The notes under the pieces are model-generated. The model made no database searches. It was given only the letters and a program-made list of their open reading frames with translations, and was not told the origin of the DNA. From positions 1-19,152 of the forward strand of contig JBGPIA010000032.1 in assembly GCA_041484665.1 (NCBI GenBank): DNA of 19,152 bases, given 5' to 3'. Positions 1 to 7,657 of this stretch are shown piece by piece. The number at the start of each line of letters is the position of its first letter. Position 1 is the first letter of the stretch. The translations under genes and the position numbers were made by a program. This stretch comes from Candidatus Krumholzibacteriia bacterium (GTDB lineage Bacteria; Krumholzibacteriota; Krumholzibacteriia; JAJRXK01).

Positions 1-486
1 AACGGCCGTCCCTTCCGCATGGCGGCGGGACGTCAGGACGCTGCCGTCGAAGTCCAGCGTCACCCTGGCCAGCGCTGCTTCGATGAGACGGTCGAGCACG
101 ATCTCGCGGTTGAGGCGCGCCACTTCGCCGCACGCCGGCAGATCCATGGTCGCCAGACGCCGGGAGTACGTCGATACGTCGGGCAGGTGCTGCCAACCCA
201 GCACGCGCAGCACCATGGGACCTTCCCGGTAGTACGCCGTCTCCCGCAGGTTGCGGTAGCCCAGCAGGACGTGGACCACCAGGCTGAGGAAAAGGTCCAC
301 GTGAGCGTAGATTGGCCACTGCACAAGGTGGTTGAAGCACCCGCGTAGCCGCCGGCGGAGGTTCAGCGACTGGAAGAGCGCTTCGTAGAGGACCAACCCG
401 GCCGAGGAGGCCAACGCTTGATCCTCGAACCGGCACTGGGGGAGGGTATGGACACGACGCCGGACCTGTGCTTTACTGACTTTCAC
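1..486 (-). CDS. IS1380-family DDE transposase, N-terminal part (runs off the left edge)
   Basis: Not in the ORF track because no stop lies inside the window. Manual translation from GTG at 486: VKVSKAQVRRRVHTLPQCRFEDQALASSAGLVLYEALF...LLGYRNLRETAYYREGPMVLRVLGWQHLPDVSTYSRRL...RVTLDFDGSVLTSRRHAEGTAV. The TLDFDGS first-Asp motif and LPDVST motif match IS1380-type transposases. Confidence 0.85.
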   Translation of the reverse strand, partial: MKVSKAQVRRRVHTLPQCRFEDQALASSAGLVLYEALFQSLNLRRRLRGCFNHLVQWPIYAHVDLFLSLVVHVLLGYRNLRETAYYREGPMVLRVLGWQHLPDVSTYSRRLATMDLPACGEVARLNREIVLDRLIEAALARVTLDFDGSVLTSRRHAEGTAV

Positions 487-607
487 GAGAAGTGGCCTCT
501 GCTTCGTGGGGAGTTGGGTGTAATGTTCAACCCCTTTTTCCCACGATGGAGGCCACTTTTCAATTCATCATATCAAGCCGTGCCCAGATCTTTTTGCAAC
601 AGCGGGG
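1..607 (-). mobile_element. Left end of IS1380-family insertion sequence (partial)
   Basis: Transposase plus an AT-richer leader with inverted repeat AAGTGGCCTC/GAGGCCACTT (490-499/549-558). The putative terminus reads CCC(C)GCTGTTGCAAAAAG on the minus strand at about 589-607. The other end is outside the window, so the boundary is inferred. Confidence 0.6.
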
Positions 608-619
608 TTGAGAGAGCCC

Positions 620-1114
620 ATGACAAGCGATGTCCTCCTGCGTGATGTGACAGAGGGTGACCTCCCCATCTTCTTCGAGCACCAGATGGACCCGGACGCA
701 AACCAGATGGCCGCGTTTCCGCCCAGGGACAGGGATGCGTTCATGACGCACTGGACGAAGAAGATCCTGGGCGACGACACCGTGACCAAGAAGACGATCC
801 TCTTCGACGGGCAAGTGGCCGGGAACATCGTGAGCTTTGAGCATTGTGGTGAAACACAAGTCGGCTACTGGATTGGGAAGCAGTACTGGGGCAAGGGCAT
901 CGCGACCCGGGCGCTATCGGAGTTCCTGGATCGCGTCAAGGCGCGCCCGCTCCATGCCCATGTCGCGAAACACAATCTCGGCTCCCTGCGGGTTCTGGAG
1001 AAATGTGGGTTCAGGATCTGCGGCGAGGACAAGGCGCCTTCCAACGCGGGCGGCGAGCCGGTCGAGGAGTTCATCTTGACGCTTGGAGCCAACGCGCGAG
1101 GCGAATCGCCGTGA
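620..1114 (+). CDS. GNAT N-acetyltransferase, RimJ/RimL-like
   Basis: MTSDVLLRDV...VGYWIGKQYWGKGIATRAL (acetyl-CoA binding motif A)...N(LG)SLRVLEKCGF. Confidence 0.9.
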   Translation: MTSDVLLRDVTEGDLPIFFEHQMDPDANQMAAFPPRDRDAFMTHWTKKILGDDTVTKKTILFDGQVAGNIVSFEHCGETQVGYWIGKQYWGKGIATRALSEFLDRVKARPLHAHVAKHNLGSLRVLEKCGFRICGEDKAPSNAGGEPVEEFILTLGANARGESP

Positions 1115-1881
1115 GCGCGGTACGCCGCCCGATCCTTGGTGTGCTCGTGGCGATCGCGATTACCACCACGATGGACGCCACCGGGCTTTCCGCATTCAGC
1201 GCCTTGCCGTTGTTTCCCCTGATGGGCATCTTGTGGTACCTCGACCGGCTCGCGCGTCCGAGCATGGGTTTCGTGTGGGGACGATGGAGCCACTATGGCC
1301 TGGCCGGGCTCTATCCGGTGGTTGTGCTCGGCGTGGTCGCGCTCGTCTCGGCAGCGGCCGGCGCCGTTGACCTCTCCCAGACCAACTGGGAGAAGGTCCG
1401 GCTCAACCTTGCGCTCGTCGCTGTATCGACGATCCTCGTTGCAATGATCACCGAAGAGGGGTTCTTCCGCGGCTGGCTTTGGGCCTCGCTCGAACGAGCG
1501 GGGCAGAAACCGGGGTGGGTGTTGCTCTGGAGCAGCATCGCGTTTTCGCTGTGGCACTTGTCGGCGGTGGCCCTCAAGACCGGATTCGACCTCCCGGCGG
1601 CCCAGATTCCCGTCTTCATGGTCAACGCCGCCGTCATGGGTGCGGTGTGGGGTCTTCTGCGCCGGATCTCCGGCTCTGTGGTCGTCGCCAGCTTGAGCCA
1701 TGGCTTGTGGAACGGCGGCGCGTACGTGTTCTTCGGATTTGGAACCAGAGTTGGGGCGCTCGGCATCAAGGACACTGCGACCTTCGGGCCCGAGGTGGGC
1801 GTCTTGGGGCTGGCCGCGAACGTCGCCTTTGCCATCGCGCTGTGGTGGTGGTGGAGAGCGGGTGCCGGCGACGCCGCCTGA
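1111..1881 (+). CDS. CPBP (CAAX/Abi) family intramembrane metalloprotease
   Basis: Multiple hydrophobic helices; EEGFFRG, FSLWH and HGLWN motifs. The GTG start overlaps the GNAT stop (GTGA). Confidence 0.88.
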   Translation: MSAVRRPILGVLVAIAITTTMDATGLSAFSALPLFPLMGILWYLDRLARPSMGFVWGRWSHYGLAGLYPVVVLGVVALVSAAAGAVDLSQTNWEKVRLNLALVAVSTILVAMITEEGFFRGWLWASLERAGQKPGWVLLWSSIAFSLWHLSAVALKTGFDLPAAQIPVFMVNAAVMGAVWGLLRRISGSVVVASLSHGLWNGGAYVFFGFGTRVGALGIKDTATFGPEVGVLGLAANVAFAIALWWWWRAGAGDAA

Positions 1882-1882
1882 T

Positions 1883-1944
1883 GCCTGACACGCCGCCGAA
1901 GCTGACGGCCGCCTTCGGCGCCCGAAGCGCATCGGCGGTTTGGC
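1883..1944 (+). other. Degenerate integron attC site
   Basis: GCCTGAC...AAGCTGACGGCCGCC-TTC-GGCGCCCGAAGC...GTTTGGC: a 62-bp imperfect palindrome right after a stop codon, with R''/R'-like ends and an L''-like GCTGAC. Confidence 0.65.
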
Positions 1945-2005
1945 AGGCGAGTCGTTATCCTCGTCGCCGAACCCCAACAGAGTGGCATTCGCGGGGAGGC
2001 TCGAA

Positions 2006-2515
2006 GTGGATGCGACCTGGAGAGCGATCCTCTGGCATCAGTTCGGGGGCGCGATCGACATGCTCGAAAATGCCCTGGTCGCCTGTCCCGACGAGCTATG
2101 GGGCGACCGCTCGCGGAAGCCTGAGTTCTGGTATCTCGTGTATCACACGCTCTTCTGGCTGGACCTGTACCTCTCCGACTCGCTCGAGGGATTCGCGCCG
2201 CCCGCTCCGTTTACGCTGGACGAGCTGGACCCGGCGGGGCTGCTCCCCGAACGGGTGTATTCGAAAGACGAGCTTCAAGCCTATCTTGTGCATAGCCGCC
2301 GCAAGTGCAGAGCGACGATCGACGCGCTGACGGACGCGAAAGCCCGTGAGCGCTGTGGGTTCGAATGGGTCGACGCCAACGTCGCAGAGTTGCTTCTGTA
2401 CAACATGCGCCATGTCCAACACGGCGCTGCGCAGCTCAATCTCATATTGCGGCAGACGACCGACTCGGCCCCGCGCTGGGTCAAGCAGACGAAACGCGCG
2501 CGCACGGGCGAATGA
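2006..2515 (+). CDS. DinB/YfiT-like family protein
   Basis: GGAGG RBS before GTG 2006; FWYLVYHTLFWLDLYL and YNMRHVQHGAAQL histidine motifs. Confidence 0.85.
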   Translation: MDATWRAILWHQFGGAIDMLENALVACPDELWGDRSRKPEFWYLVYHTLFWLDLYLSDSLEGFAPPAPFTLDELDPAGLLPERVYSKDELQAYLVHSRRKCRATIDALTDAKARERCGFEWVDANVAELLLYNMRHVQHGAAQLNLILRQTTDSAPRWVKQTKRARTGE

Positions 2516-2550
2516 GCATTCGCGACGCCGAGGCGACCGAAAGGGTCAGC

Positions 2551-2889
2551 ATGACCGCAGCAAAGTTCCGAAGTCTGGCGCTCAGTCTTCCCGAGGCGTC
2601 AGAAGCCCAGCACATGGGGCATCCCGATTTCCGGGTCCGTGGGAAGATTTTCGCGACGCTGGGGCCTGGCGAGGCCTGGGGCATGGTCAAGCTGACGCCG
2701 GCCGAGCAGCGGTCGTTCATGCGCGCTGCGCCGGATGTCTTCGACCCCGCCAGCGGGGCGTGGGGGCGTCGAGGGGCCACGATCGTCCGCCTGCGCGCCG
2801 CTCACGAGTCGATTGTTCGGCAAGCCCTGATCGCGGCATGGCGCAACACTGCCCCAAAGCGACTCGTTGCGCAATCTGATGAGGAGTAG
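2551..2889 (+). CDS. MmcQ/YjbR family DNA-binding protein
   Basis: FRSLALSLPEASE..HMGHPDFRVRGKIFATL...GAWGRRGAT. An alternative in-frame ATG at 2512 overlaps the DinB stop. Confidence 0.85.
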   Translation: MTAAKFRSLALSLPEASEAQHMGHPDFRVRGKIFATLGPGEAWGMVKLTPAEQRSFMRAAPDVFDPASGAWGRRGATIVRLRAAHESIVRQALIAAWRNTAPKRLVAQSDEE

Positions 2890-2912
2890 CGCGTCCGTCG
2901 AGGAGTGCTTCC

Positions 2913-3014
2913 ATGAGGTTCCTGTTCATGCTCGCACAGGTAGAAGAAGCCTGGGCCGCGCGCATGCCCAAGTACGGACACGGGTCGATCGAGGTGCGTC
3001 CGATCTGGGATTGA
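2913..3014 (+). pseudogene. YciI-family gene with in-frame internal deletion (33 aa)
   Basis: AGGAG RBS; MRFLFMLAQVEEAWAARMPKYGHGSIEVRPIWD*. A YciI-like N-terminus is joined directly to the conserved C-terminal WAARxP...GSIEVRPI motif. Confidence 0.7.
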
Positions 3015-3048
3015 ATCGCCTCTGCAAACCCCACGGGGGCGCGCGACT

Positions 3049-3163
3049 GACGTCCCCAAACGGTCGCGGCGGCCGCGACGACACCGTGACCTGACCGCGG
3101 TCGTGATCTACACTCAGGCGCTGAAATCGCAGCGGCCGCAGCGTCAGGAACCCCGCGGAGGAC
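3049..3163 (+). pseudogene. intI: Eroded C-terminal remnant of an integron integrase
   Basis: From 3082: HRDLTAVVIYTQAL, one extra A at 3124, then NRSGRSVRNPAED. Compare the IntI C-terminal consensus HxDVSTTMIYTHVLNRGGxGVRSPxD. Confidence 0.6.
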
Positions 3164-3218
3164 CAGCGGGAGCCGTGAGAGGCTGGTGGAGGTTGCGCCC
3201 GGGGGATGACTGTGCGCG

Positions 3219-3390
3219 ATAGACTGCGGCGCGGCGCTCGGTATCCGGGAGGGGTGGGCCGGACAAACCGACGGAAGGCCGTGCGGGAATGACCTATGAG
3301 CGGCTGAACGCGATCGGTCGCCGGCGTGATGGACGGCGAGTTTCAAGCCCGCTCATTGGAGATAGATTCGCTGTCTACTGCTCGTTGGGC
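3219..3390 (+). repeat. attI-like module, copy 1
   Basis: Begins ATAGACTGCG and ends GAGATAGATTCGCTGTCTACTGCTC-GTTGGGC. Aligns along its length with 10036-10200 and at both ends with 18731-18902. Confidence 0.75.
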
Positions 3391-3399
3391 CGCAGTTGA

Positions 3400-3424
3400 C
3401 TGCCGCTCATGTCGGACGTTAGGC
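3400..3424 (+). other. Right half of an attC site (remnant of a deleted cassette)
   Basis: GCCGCTCATGTCGGAC-GTTAGGC is a canonical-looking L'-spacer-R' end; no left half lies upstream. Confidence 0.55.
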
Positions 3425-3430
3425 GGCAAT

Positions 3431-3577
3431 GTGGGAAAGACCCGGGTCATCCTCTTTTTCTTCATCGCAGTGGCCCACTTCGTGGCGAGTGTCGCCGCCG
3501 CCACTTACACATTTAGTAGTGCCATGAAGGGAGCGACGCCGACAGGGCCATCCAATGGCTACAGCCGAAACGCCTAA
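3431..3577 (+). CDS. Small hydrophobic cassette ORF (48 aa), possibly truncated
   Basis: VGKTRVILFFFIAVAHFVASVAAATYTF...; lies between GTTAGGC (3418) and the exactly complementary GCCTAAC (3572), which contains its TAA stop. Confidence 0.45.
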   Translation: MGKTRVILFFFIAVAHFVASVAAATYTFSSAMKGATPTGPSNGYSRNA

Positions 3578-3632
3578 CCACTCGAGCGGTCTGTTCGTTC
3601 ACACGAGCGGGCGGGCCGCTCCGGTGTCCGGC
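3572..3632 (+). other. Degenerate attC site
   Basis: GCCTAAC CACTCGAGCGG...CCGCTC CGGT GTCCGGC. R'' is canonical, GAGCGG/CCGCTC form inverted arms, and R' is degenerate. Confidence 0.55.
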
Positions 3633-3657
3633 CACCCAGCCCCGGCAGGGGGCTTCC

Positions 3658-3737
3658 ATGAGGTTCCTGTTCATCCTGACACAGGTGGAAGAAGCCTGGG
3701 CCCGCGCTGCGCCGGGTGAGGGTGATCGCGTCGGCGT
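3658..3737 (+). pseudogene. Second YciI-like 5' fragment, truncated at the 3' end of the SNF2 gene
   Basis: GCTTCCATGAGGTTCCTGTTCAT...CACAGGT.GAAGAAGCCTGGGCC is nearly identical to 2907-2957. It encodes MRFLFILTQVEEAWARAAPGEGDRV, then runs antisense into the helicase. Confidence 0.6.
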
Positions 3738-6700
3738 TCAGGCTCTGCGAACCCGGGTGCTCTCCTGCGTGCCTCGCAGAAGTCCGGCCAGCCCTTCGAA
3801 GAGTGCCACCAGCGTCGCCGCAGCTTCGGCATTCGCCTCAATGCGCAGACCCCCTTGCGATGTCGGACGGATCTCGAGCTGCGTGAACAGTCGCCGAACG
3901 TCGGCAGCCGACACAGCGCGCGCCGCGGCTTCGGCGATAGCCGCTGCCCCATCCACGCGCGATCCGTCCGCCGCCGCTCCTGGATCCTCTTGGATGGGAC
4001 CCGAGGCGGCGATCGGGTCCGCGGTCGCGGGGGCCGCCACGACACGTTTGGCTGCGCCAACCAGCCCTTCCGCCGGCAAAATCTCATCAGCCCCGCGCGA
4101 CTCGTCCGCCGCGGCCACGAGCGCCTCGATCTCCCGCTCCACCGCGGCGTCCACCACCGATTCCGACTCGGCGGCGAGTTCCTCCGCGGCGGCGGCGGCG
4201 CGACGGCCAGCAGCGCCGTCGCCATGGCCAGCCGCAACGCGCCGCTCAACCGCTCGCTCGCGTGCCACGCGTTGAGTCGCAGCGGCTGCCTGCCCAACAG
4301 CGCCGCCACCAGCGCCGTCTCCGGCGCCATCCGTCGCACCCGGCCCCGCCTCCACCAGCCTCCCGACGTTGGCCAAGAACGACCCCGAGCGCTCGAAGCG
4401 GATCTCGTCGCTGCGCCCGTCGAAGAGGCCCGTGAACAATGCGCGCTTGTCGCCGACGAGGGCCGCGATGCGCGACTCGATGCAGTCCTGCGCCACCAGG
4501 TTGTAGACATCGATCGGACGTTTCTGGCCCATCCGGAAGATGCGGCCGATACGCTGCTCGAGCACGGCGGGGTTCCATGGCAGCTCGATGTTGACGCAGC
4601 AGCTCGCGGCGCGCTGCAGATTCAGCCCCACGCCGCCGGCGTCGGTTGCAAAAAGCACGCGCACGCGAGGATCGTCGTGGAACTCGACGATATTCCTGGT
4701 GCGCTGCCGCTGGTTCTCGCGGCCGGTGAAGAACGCGGCCCGCAGTCCCCCCTCCGCCAGCACATCGCCCACCGCCCAGTGCGCGAGAGCAAGCATACGG
4801 CGCCACTGGCTGAATACGACCACCTTGCGCTGCTGCTGGATGGCGACCTGGGCGATGATCTCCCGCAGCTCCGAGAGCTTGGGGCTGTGCAAGCTCTGCA
4901 AGAGCTGCGGCTCGGGGCGTGGCGCAGCACTGATCTGCGGCCAAATCTGAGCGAAGCGGATCTGCCCCAGACCGTTGGCGATCATCCGCTGGGTGGTGAG
5001 GAGCGTCATCAGCCTCAGGAACTGGGCCTGCGTGAGCGGCCGCTTGCGTGCGATGGCCGCGAGCTGGGCGATGGGCTGGTTGAGCGCGTCGTGCTCGTCG
5101 CGCTGCTCGCTCGTCAGATCGACGGGGATGACGCTGTCCGTCCGTGGCGGGAGCTGCGTGAGGATCTCGCGCCGCACGCGGCGGAGCATGCAGGGCGCCA
5201 GGCGCACCCGCAGCGTGTCGAGATTGCGGGCGCCAGCTGTTTCGGATGCGCCGTCCGACCACATGGAGTGCCACGGCACCAGTCGCCACTTGGGCTCGAG
5301 CGCGTGGTCGTCGACCCATTCGACGATGGAGGCCAGCTCCTCGAGGCGATTCTCCATGGGCGTCCCGGTGAGGACGAGCCGGTACGCCGGCTGGAGCTGC
5401 TTGACGCAGCCGGCCGTGCGCGTCGCCCAGTTCTTGATGCGTTGCGCCTCATCAAGCACGATGAGATCGGGCGCCCAGGCCTGCATCGCCGGCAGGTCGC
5501 GCAGCACCTGCTCGTAATTGACCAAGAGGAACCCAAGCCGGCGGCGCCGGTAGAACGCGTGCCGTTGCTGCGGGCCGCCGTCGACGACATCGATCGGCGC
5601 GTCGGAGAAGAGCCTCCACTCGCGCTGCCACTGCGATTTCAGGCTCGCGGGCACGATCAACAGCCCTCGCCGCACCCTGCCTGCGTGCCACAGGACGTGA
5701 CACGCCGCGGTGGCCTGCACGGTTTTGCCGAGCCCCATGTCGTCGGCCAGCAGCAGGCGCCCGGTGTCGAGGAAACGGCGGACTCCCTCCTGCTGGTACG
5801 GGTAGAGCGGCCGGCGGAGTGAGCGCAGCGACCGCTCCAGACGCTTGCGTTCGGCGCGGTCGGCGGTGATTCGCGCGAGATGCTTGCGCTCGGCGGCGAG
5901 CAAAGCGTGCAAGGCCGGCTCTGCGGTGAGCCGGGCGCGGCCTCCTTTCGCACGCTGTCGACGGGTCCCACCGTGCCGGGGAGGCTCGCTAGCGCGCAGC
6001 AGATCCTCGATCATGGCAGTCCGCGCTTGCGGGCGATCCTCGCCGGGAGCCTCCGCCTGCAGGTCTCCGTTCGTTCCACCGCGGAACCAGCGCCGCGCCC
6101 GGGCCAGATCGGCGTGCCTAACGGCGTGCTGCGGGTCGAATCCGTGCCACCACACCCGGCCGAGCCAGTCGCCGCGCCCCGTCAGCGGTCGCACAGGATC
6201 CCAGGTAAGCTCCGGGCCGTCGGCCGTCGTTGGTGCGGCGAGAGCCCGCTGCCAGCGTCGCGGCCTCGCGGCGAGATCATCGAGCACGACGAGCAGATGC
6301 TTGCACAGTCCCAGCGAGCTACGCAGGTAGTCGGGGCAATCGCAACTGCCGCGCAGCGGGCTGAGGGACTGAAGCGATGTGGAGTAGGGCCGCTGCGATC
6401 CGCGTACCCGCCGCGTCGAGTAGGCCCCGAAGGGCGCCTGCCGGGTGGGTCGCGCTGCGATGCGCAGCCGGTCGCGTAGCGCGAACGCGCAGCGGCGCAG
6501 CAGCGCCTCCATCGCGGCCCGACGGACCGGCCAGTCCGCTTGGGCCGTAAGCGTGAGGACATGCTGAACGAGCAGCAGCGGGGGGATGCGCAGGGTGGCG
6601 CCAAACGCCAGGTGTTGGAGCGCGGCCACCGCTTCGCTACGGTCGGCGGGCTCGCCGTTGGCGTGTGTCGCGGCAGGCGCGGGCGTGGCTCGCGCCGCGA

Positions 6701-6818
6701 CGGGCCGCGGGCGGCGAGCGGATGGGCCAGCCTGCCGGCCAGCGGAACCCTTGATGATGACGGAAGGCGGTGCGGATCCCACCGAAGAGCGGTACCGCCG
6801 GGGAATCGTGGAGGCCAT
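3738..6818 (-). CDS. SWIM zinc-finger SNF2-family helicase/ATPase
   Basis: SWIM motif CDCPDYLRSSLGLCKH; Q-motif LYPYQ; Walker A LADDMGLGKT; DEAQ; LTGTP; GGVGLNLQ; PWNP...QRIGR; Ala/Glu-rich tail. The start is uncertain (ATG 6818 chosen; the frame is open to 6932). Confidence 0.92.
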   Translation of the reverse strand: MASTIPRRYRSSVGSAPPSVIIKGSAGRQAGPSARRPRPVAARATPAPAATHANGEPADRSEAVAALQHLAFGATLRIPPLLLVQHVLTLTAQADWPVRRAAMEALLRRCAFALRDRLRIAARPTRQAPFGAYSTRRVRGSQRPYSTSLQSLSPLRGSCDCPDYLRSSLGLCKHLLVVLDDLAARPRRWQRALAAPTTADGPELTWDPVRPLTGRGDWLGRVWWHGFDPQHAVRHADLARARRWFRGGTNGDLQAEAPGEDRPQARTAMIEDLLRASEPPRHGGTRRQRAKGGRARLTAEPALHALLAAERKHLARITADRAERKRLERSLRSLRRPLYPYQQEGVRRFLDTGRLLLADDMGLGKTVQATAACHVLWHAGRVRRGLLIVPASLKSQWQREWRLFSDAPIDVVDGGPQQRHAFYRRRRLGFLLVNYEQVLRDLPAMQAWAPDLIVLDEAQRIKNWATRTAGCVKQLQPAYRLVLTGTPMENRLEELASIVEWVDDHALEPKWRLVPWHSMWSDGASETAGARNLDTLRVRLAPCMLRRVRREILTQLPPRTDSVIPVDLTSEQRDEHDALNQPIAQLAAIARKRPLTQAQFLRLMTLLTTQRMIANGLGQIRFAQIWPQISAAPRPEPQLLQSLHSPKLSELREIIAQVAIQQQRKVVVFSQWRRMLALAHWAVGDVLAEGGLRAAFFTGRENQRQRTRNIVEFHDDPRVRVLFATDAGGVGLNLQRAASCCVNIELPWNPAVLEQRIGRIFRMGQKRPIDVYNLVAQDCIESRIAALVGDKRALFTGLFDGRSDEIRFERSGSFLANVGRLVEAGPGATDGAGDGAGGGAVGQAAAATQRVARERAVERRVAAGHGDGAAGRRAAAAAEELAAESESVVDAAVEREIEALVAAADESRGADEILPAEGLVGAAKRVVAAPATADPIAASGPIQEDPGAAADGSRVDGAAAIAEAAARAVSAADVRRLFTQLEIRPTSQGGLRIEANAEAAATLVALFEGLAGLLRGTQESTRVRRA

Positions 6819-7086
6819 GCTGGGCAGGCTAACGTGCAGCAGCCTGAAGGACAAGGGGGTAGCGCTTCCACCCGACCTCGCGCCGGGTGTGACGTGGTAG
6901 GCAGTGGAAACCAGGGTCTCGGCCCAAGTCACCAGCCCTTGACCCTACCAGCCGGCGCGGGCCCCGAAAGAGCCCTTCCCCCAGCCCAAGATCGGCGGGG
7001 CGGCTCCGGCCGCAGAGTGCGTCCTTCGGTGGCCGGTCTCGACGTAGCATGGAATCTCGGCGATCATGCTTTCGTGATTCTCGTTC

Positions 7087-7212
7087 GTGATTCTCGGCTT
7101 CCGCAACATGGGCACCCAGGATAGCTTCAATGGTCGCTCGACCACGGCGGCACGAAAGACCTGTCCGACGGCCCTGTGGAGCGTGGCCGCGCGGAAGCTG
7201 GAGTACCACTAG
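7087..7212 (+). pseudogene. higB: HigB (RelE/ParE-family) toxin with internal deletion (41 aa)
   Basis: Manual translation VILGFRNMGTQDSFNGRSTTAARKTCPTALWSVAARKLEYH*. A HigB-type N-terminus (..F....T...F.G...A.RKL) is fused to the terminal YH*; the PPGNRLE...YSIRIN.Q.RI core is absent. It sits directly upstream of higA. Confidence 0.8.
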
Positions 7213-7221
7213 GTGTGTGCG

Positions 7222-7539
7222 ATGATTCGAGTCCCAACCCACTGCGAGCCCATCCACACCGGCGGAATGCTGCTGCGGGAGTTCTTGGAGCCCAGGGGGA
7301 TCACGCAGCGGGACCTCGCGGACGGCATTGGCGTGCCCTACCAGCGCGTGAACGAGCTCGTGAACGGTCGGCGTGGCGTGACCCCGAGCACCGCGCTGCG
7401 GCTTGCCAAGTACCTGGGGACCTCCGCGGAGCTATGGCTGGATCTTCAGCAGCGGTGGAATCTCTACCACGCGCAGCGAGTGGAGGCGGCGGCGCTGGGA
7501 CGAATCCGGCGCGTGACGCGGCCCAAGCGAGCCGCCTGA
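7222..7539 (+). CDS. higA: HigA-family antitoxin (XRE HTH)
   Basis: MIRVPTHCEPIHTGGMLLREFLEPRGITQRDLA...RVNELVNGRRGVTPSTALRLAKYLGTSAELWLDLQ. The usual HPGE motif reads HTGG here. Confidence 0.9.
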   Translation: MIRVPTHCEPIHTGGMLLREFLEPRGITQRDLADGIGVPYQRVNELVNGRRGVTPSTALRLAKYLGTSAELWLDLQQRWNLYHAQRVEAAALGRIRRVTRPKRAA

Positions 7540-7657
7540 TTCGCGTTGGAACCACACGAGCGCCAGTGCTCTCGGTCCTGGAGGCGGGCACCGCCCAAGT
7601 CCGGTTCGATGCGGCCGCGCACCGGCAGGTCTGCCAGCCGCCCAGCCTGGAGGTCCG

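Noticed and set aside
19..348. 109-aa + strand ORF
   Set aside because: Antisense shadow of the IS1380 transposase on the minus strand.
3326..3430. Shared peptide SLEIDSLSTA / SMEIDSQSTA in ORFs 3326-3577 and 10058-10297
   Set aside because: Incidental translation of the attI-like DNA repeat; the ORFs differ in start and extent, and no + strand ORF is listed across copy 3.
3658..4275. 205-aa ORF as a full gene
   Set aside because: Only the first 25 or so codons look genuine (YciI-like); the rest is antisense to the helicase.
3855..5822. 655-aa + strand ORF and other long overlapping ORFs (e.g. 7301-8572, 11496-12599, 13395-14924, 15848-17380)
   Set aside because: Shadow frames of motif-bearing genes in high-GC DNA; Arg/Ala/Pro-rich with no recognisable motifs.
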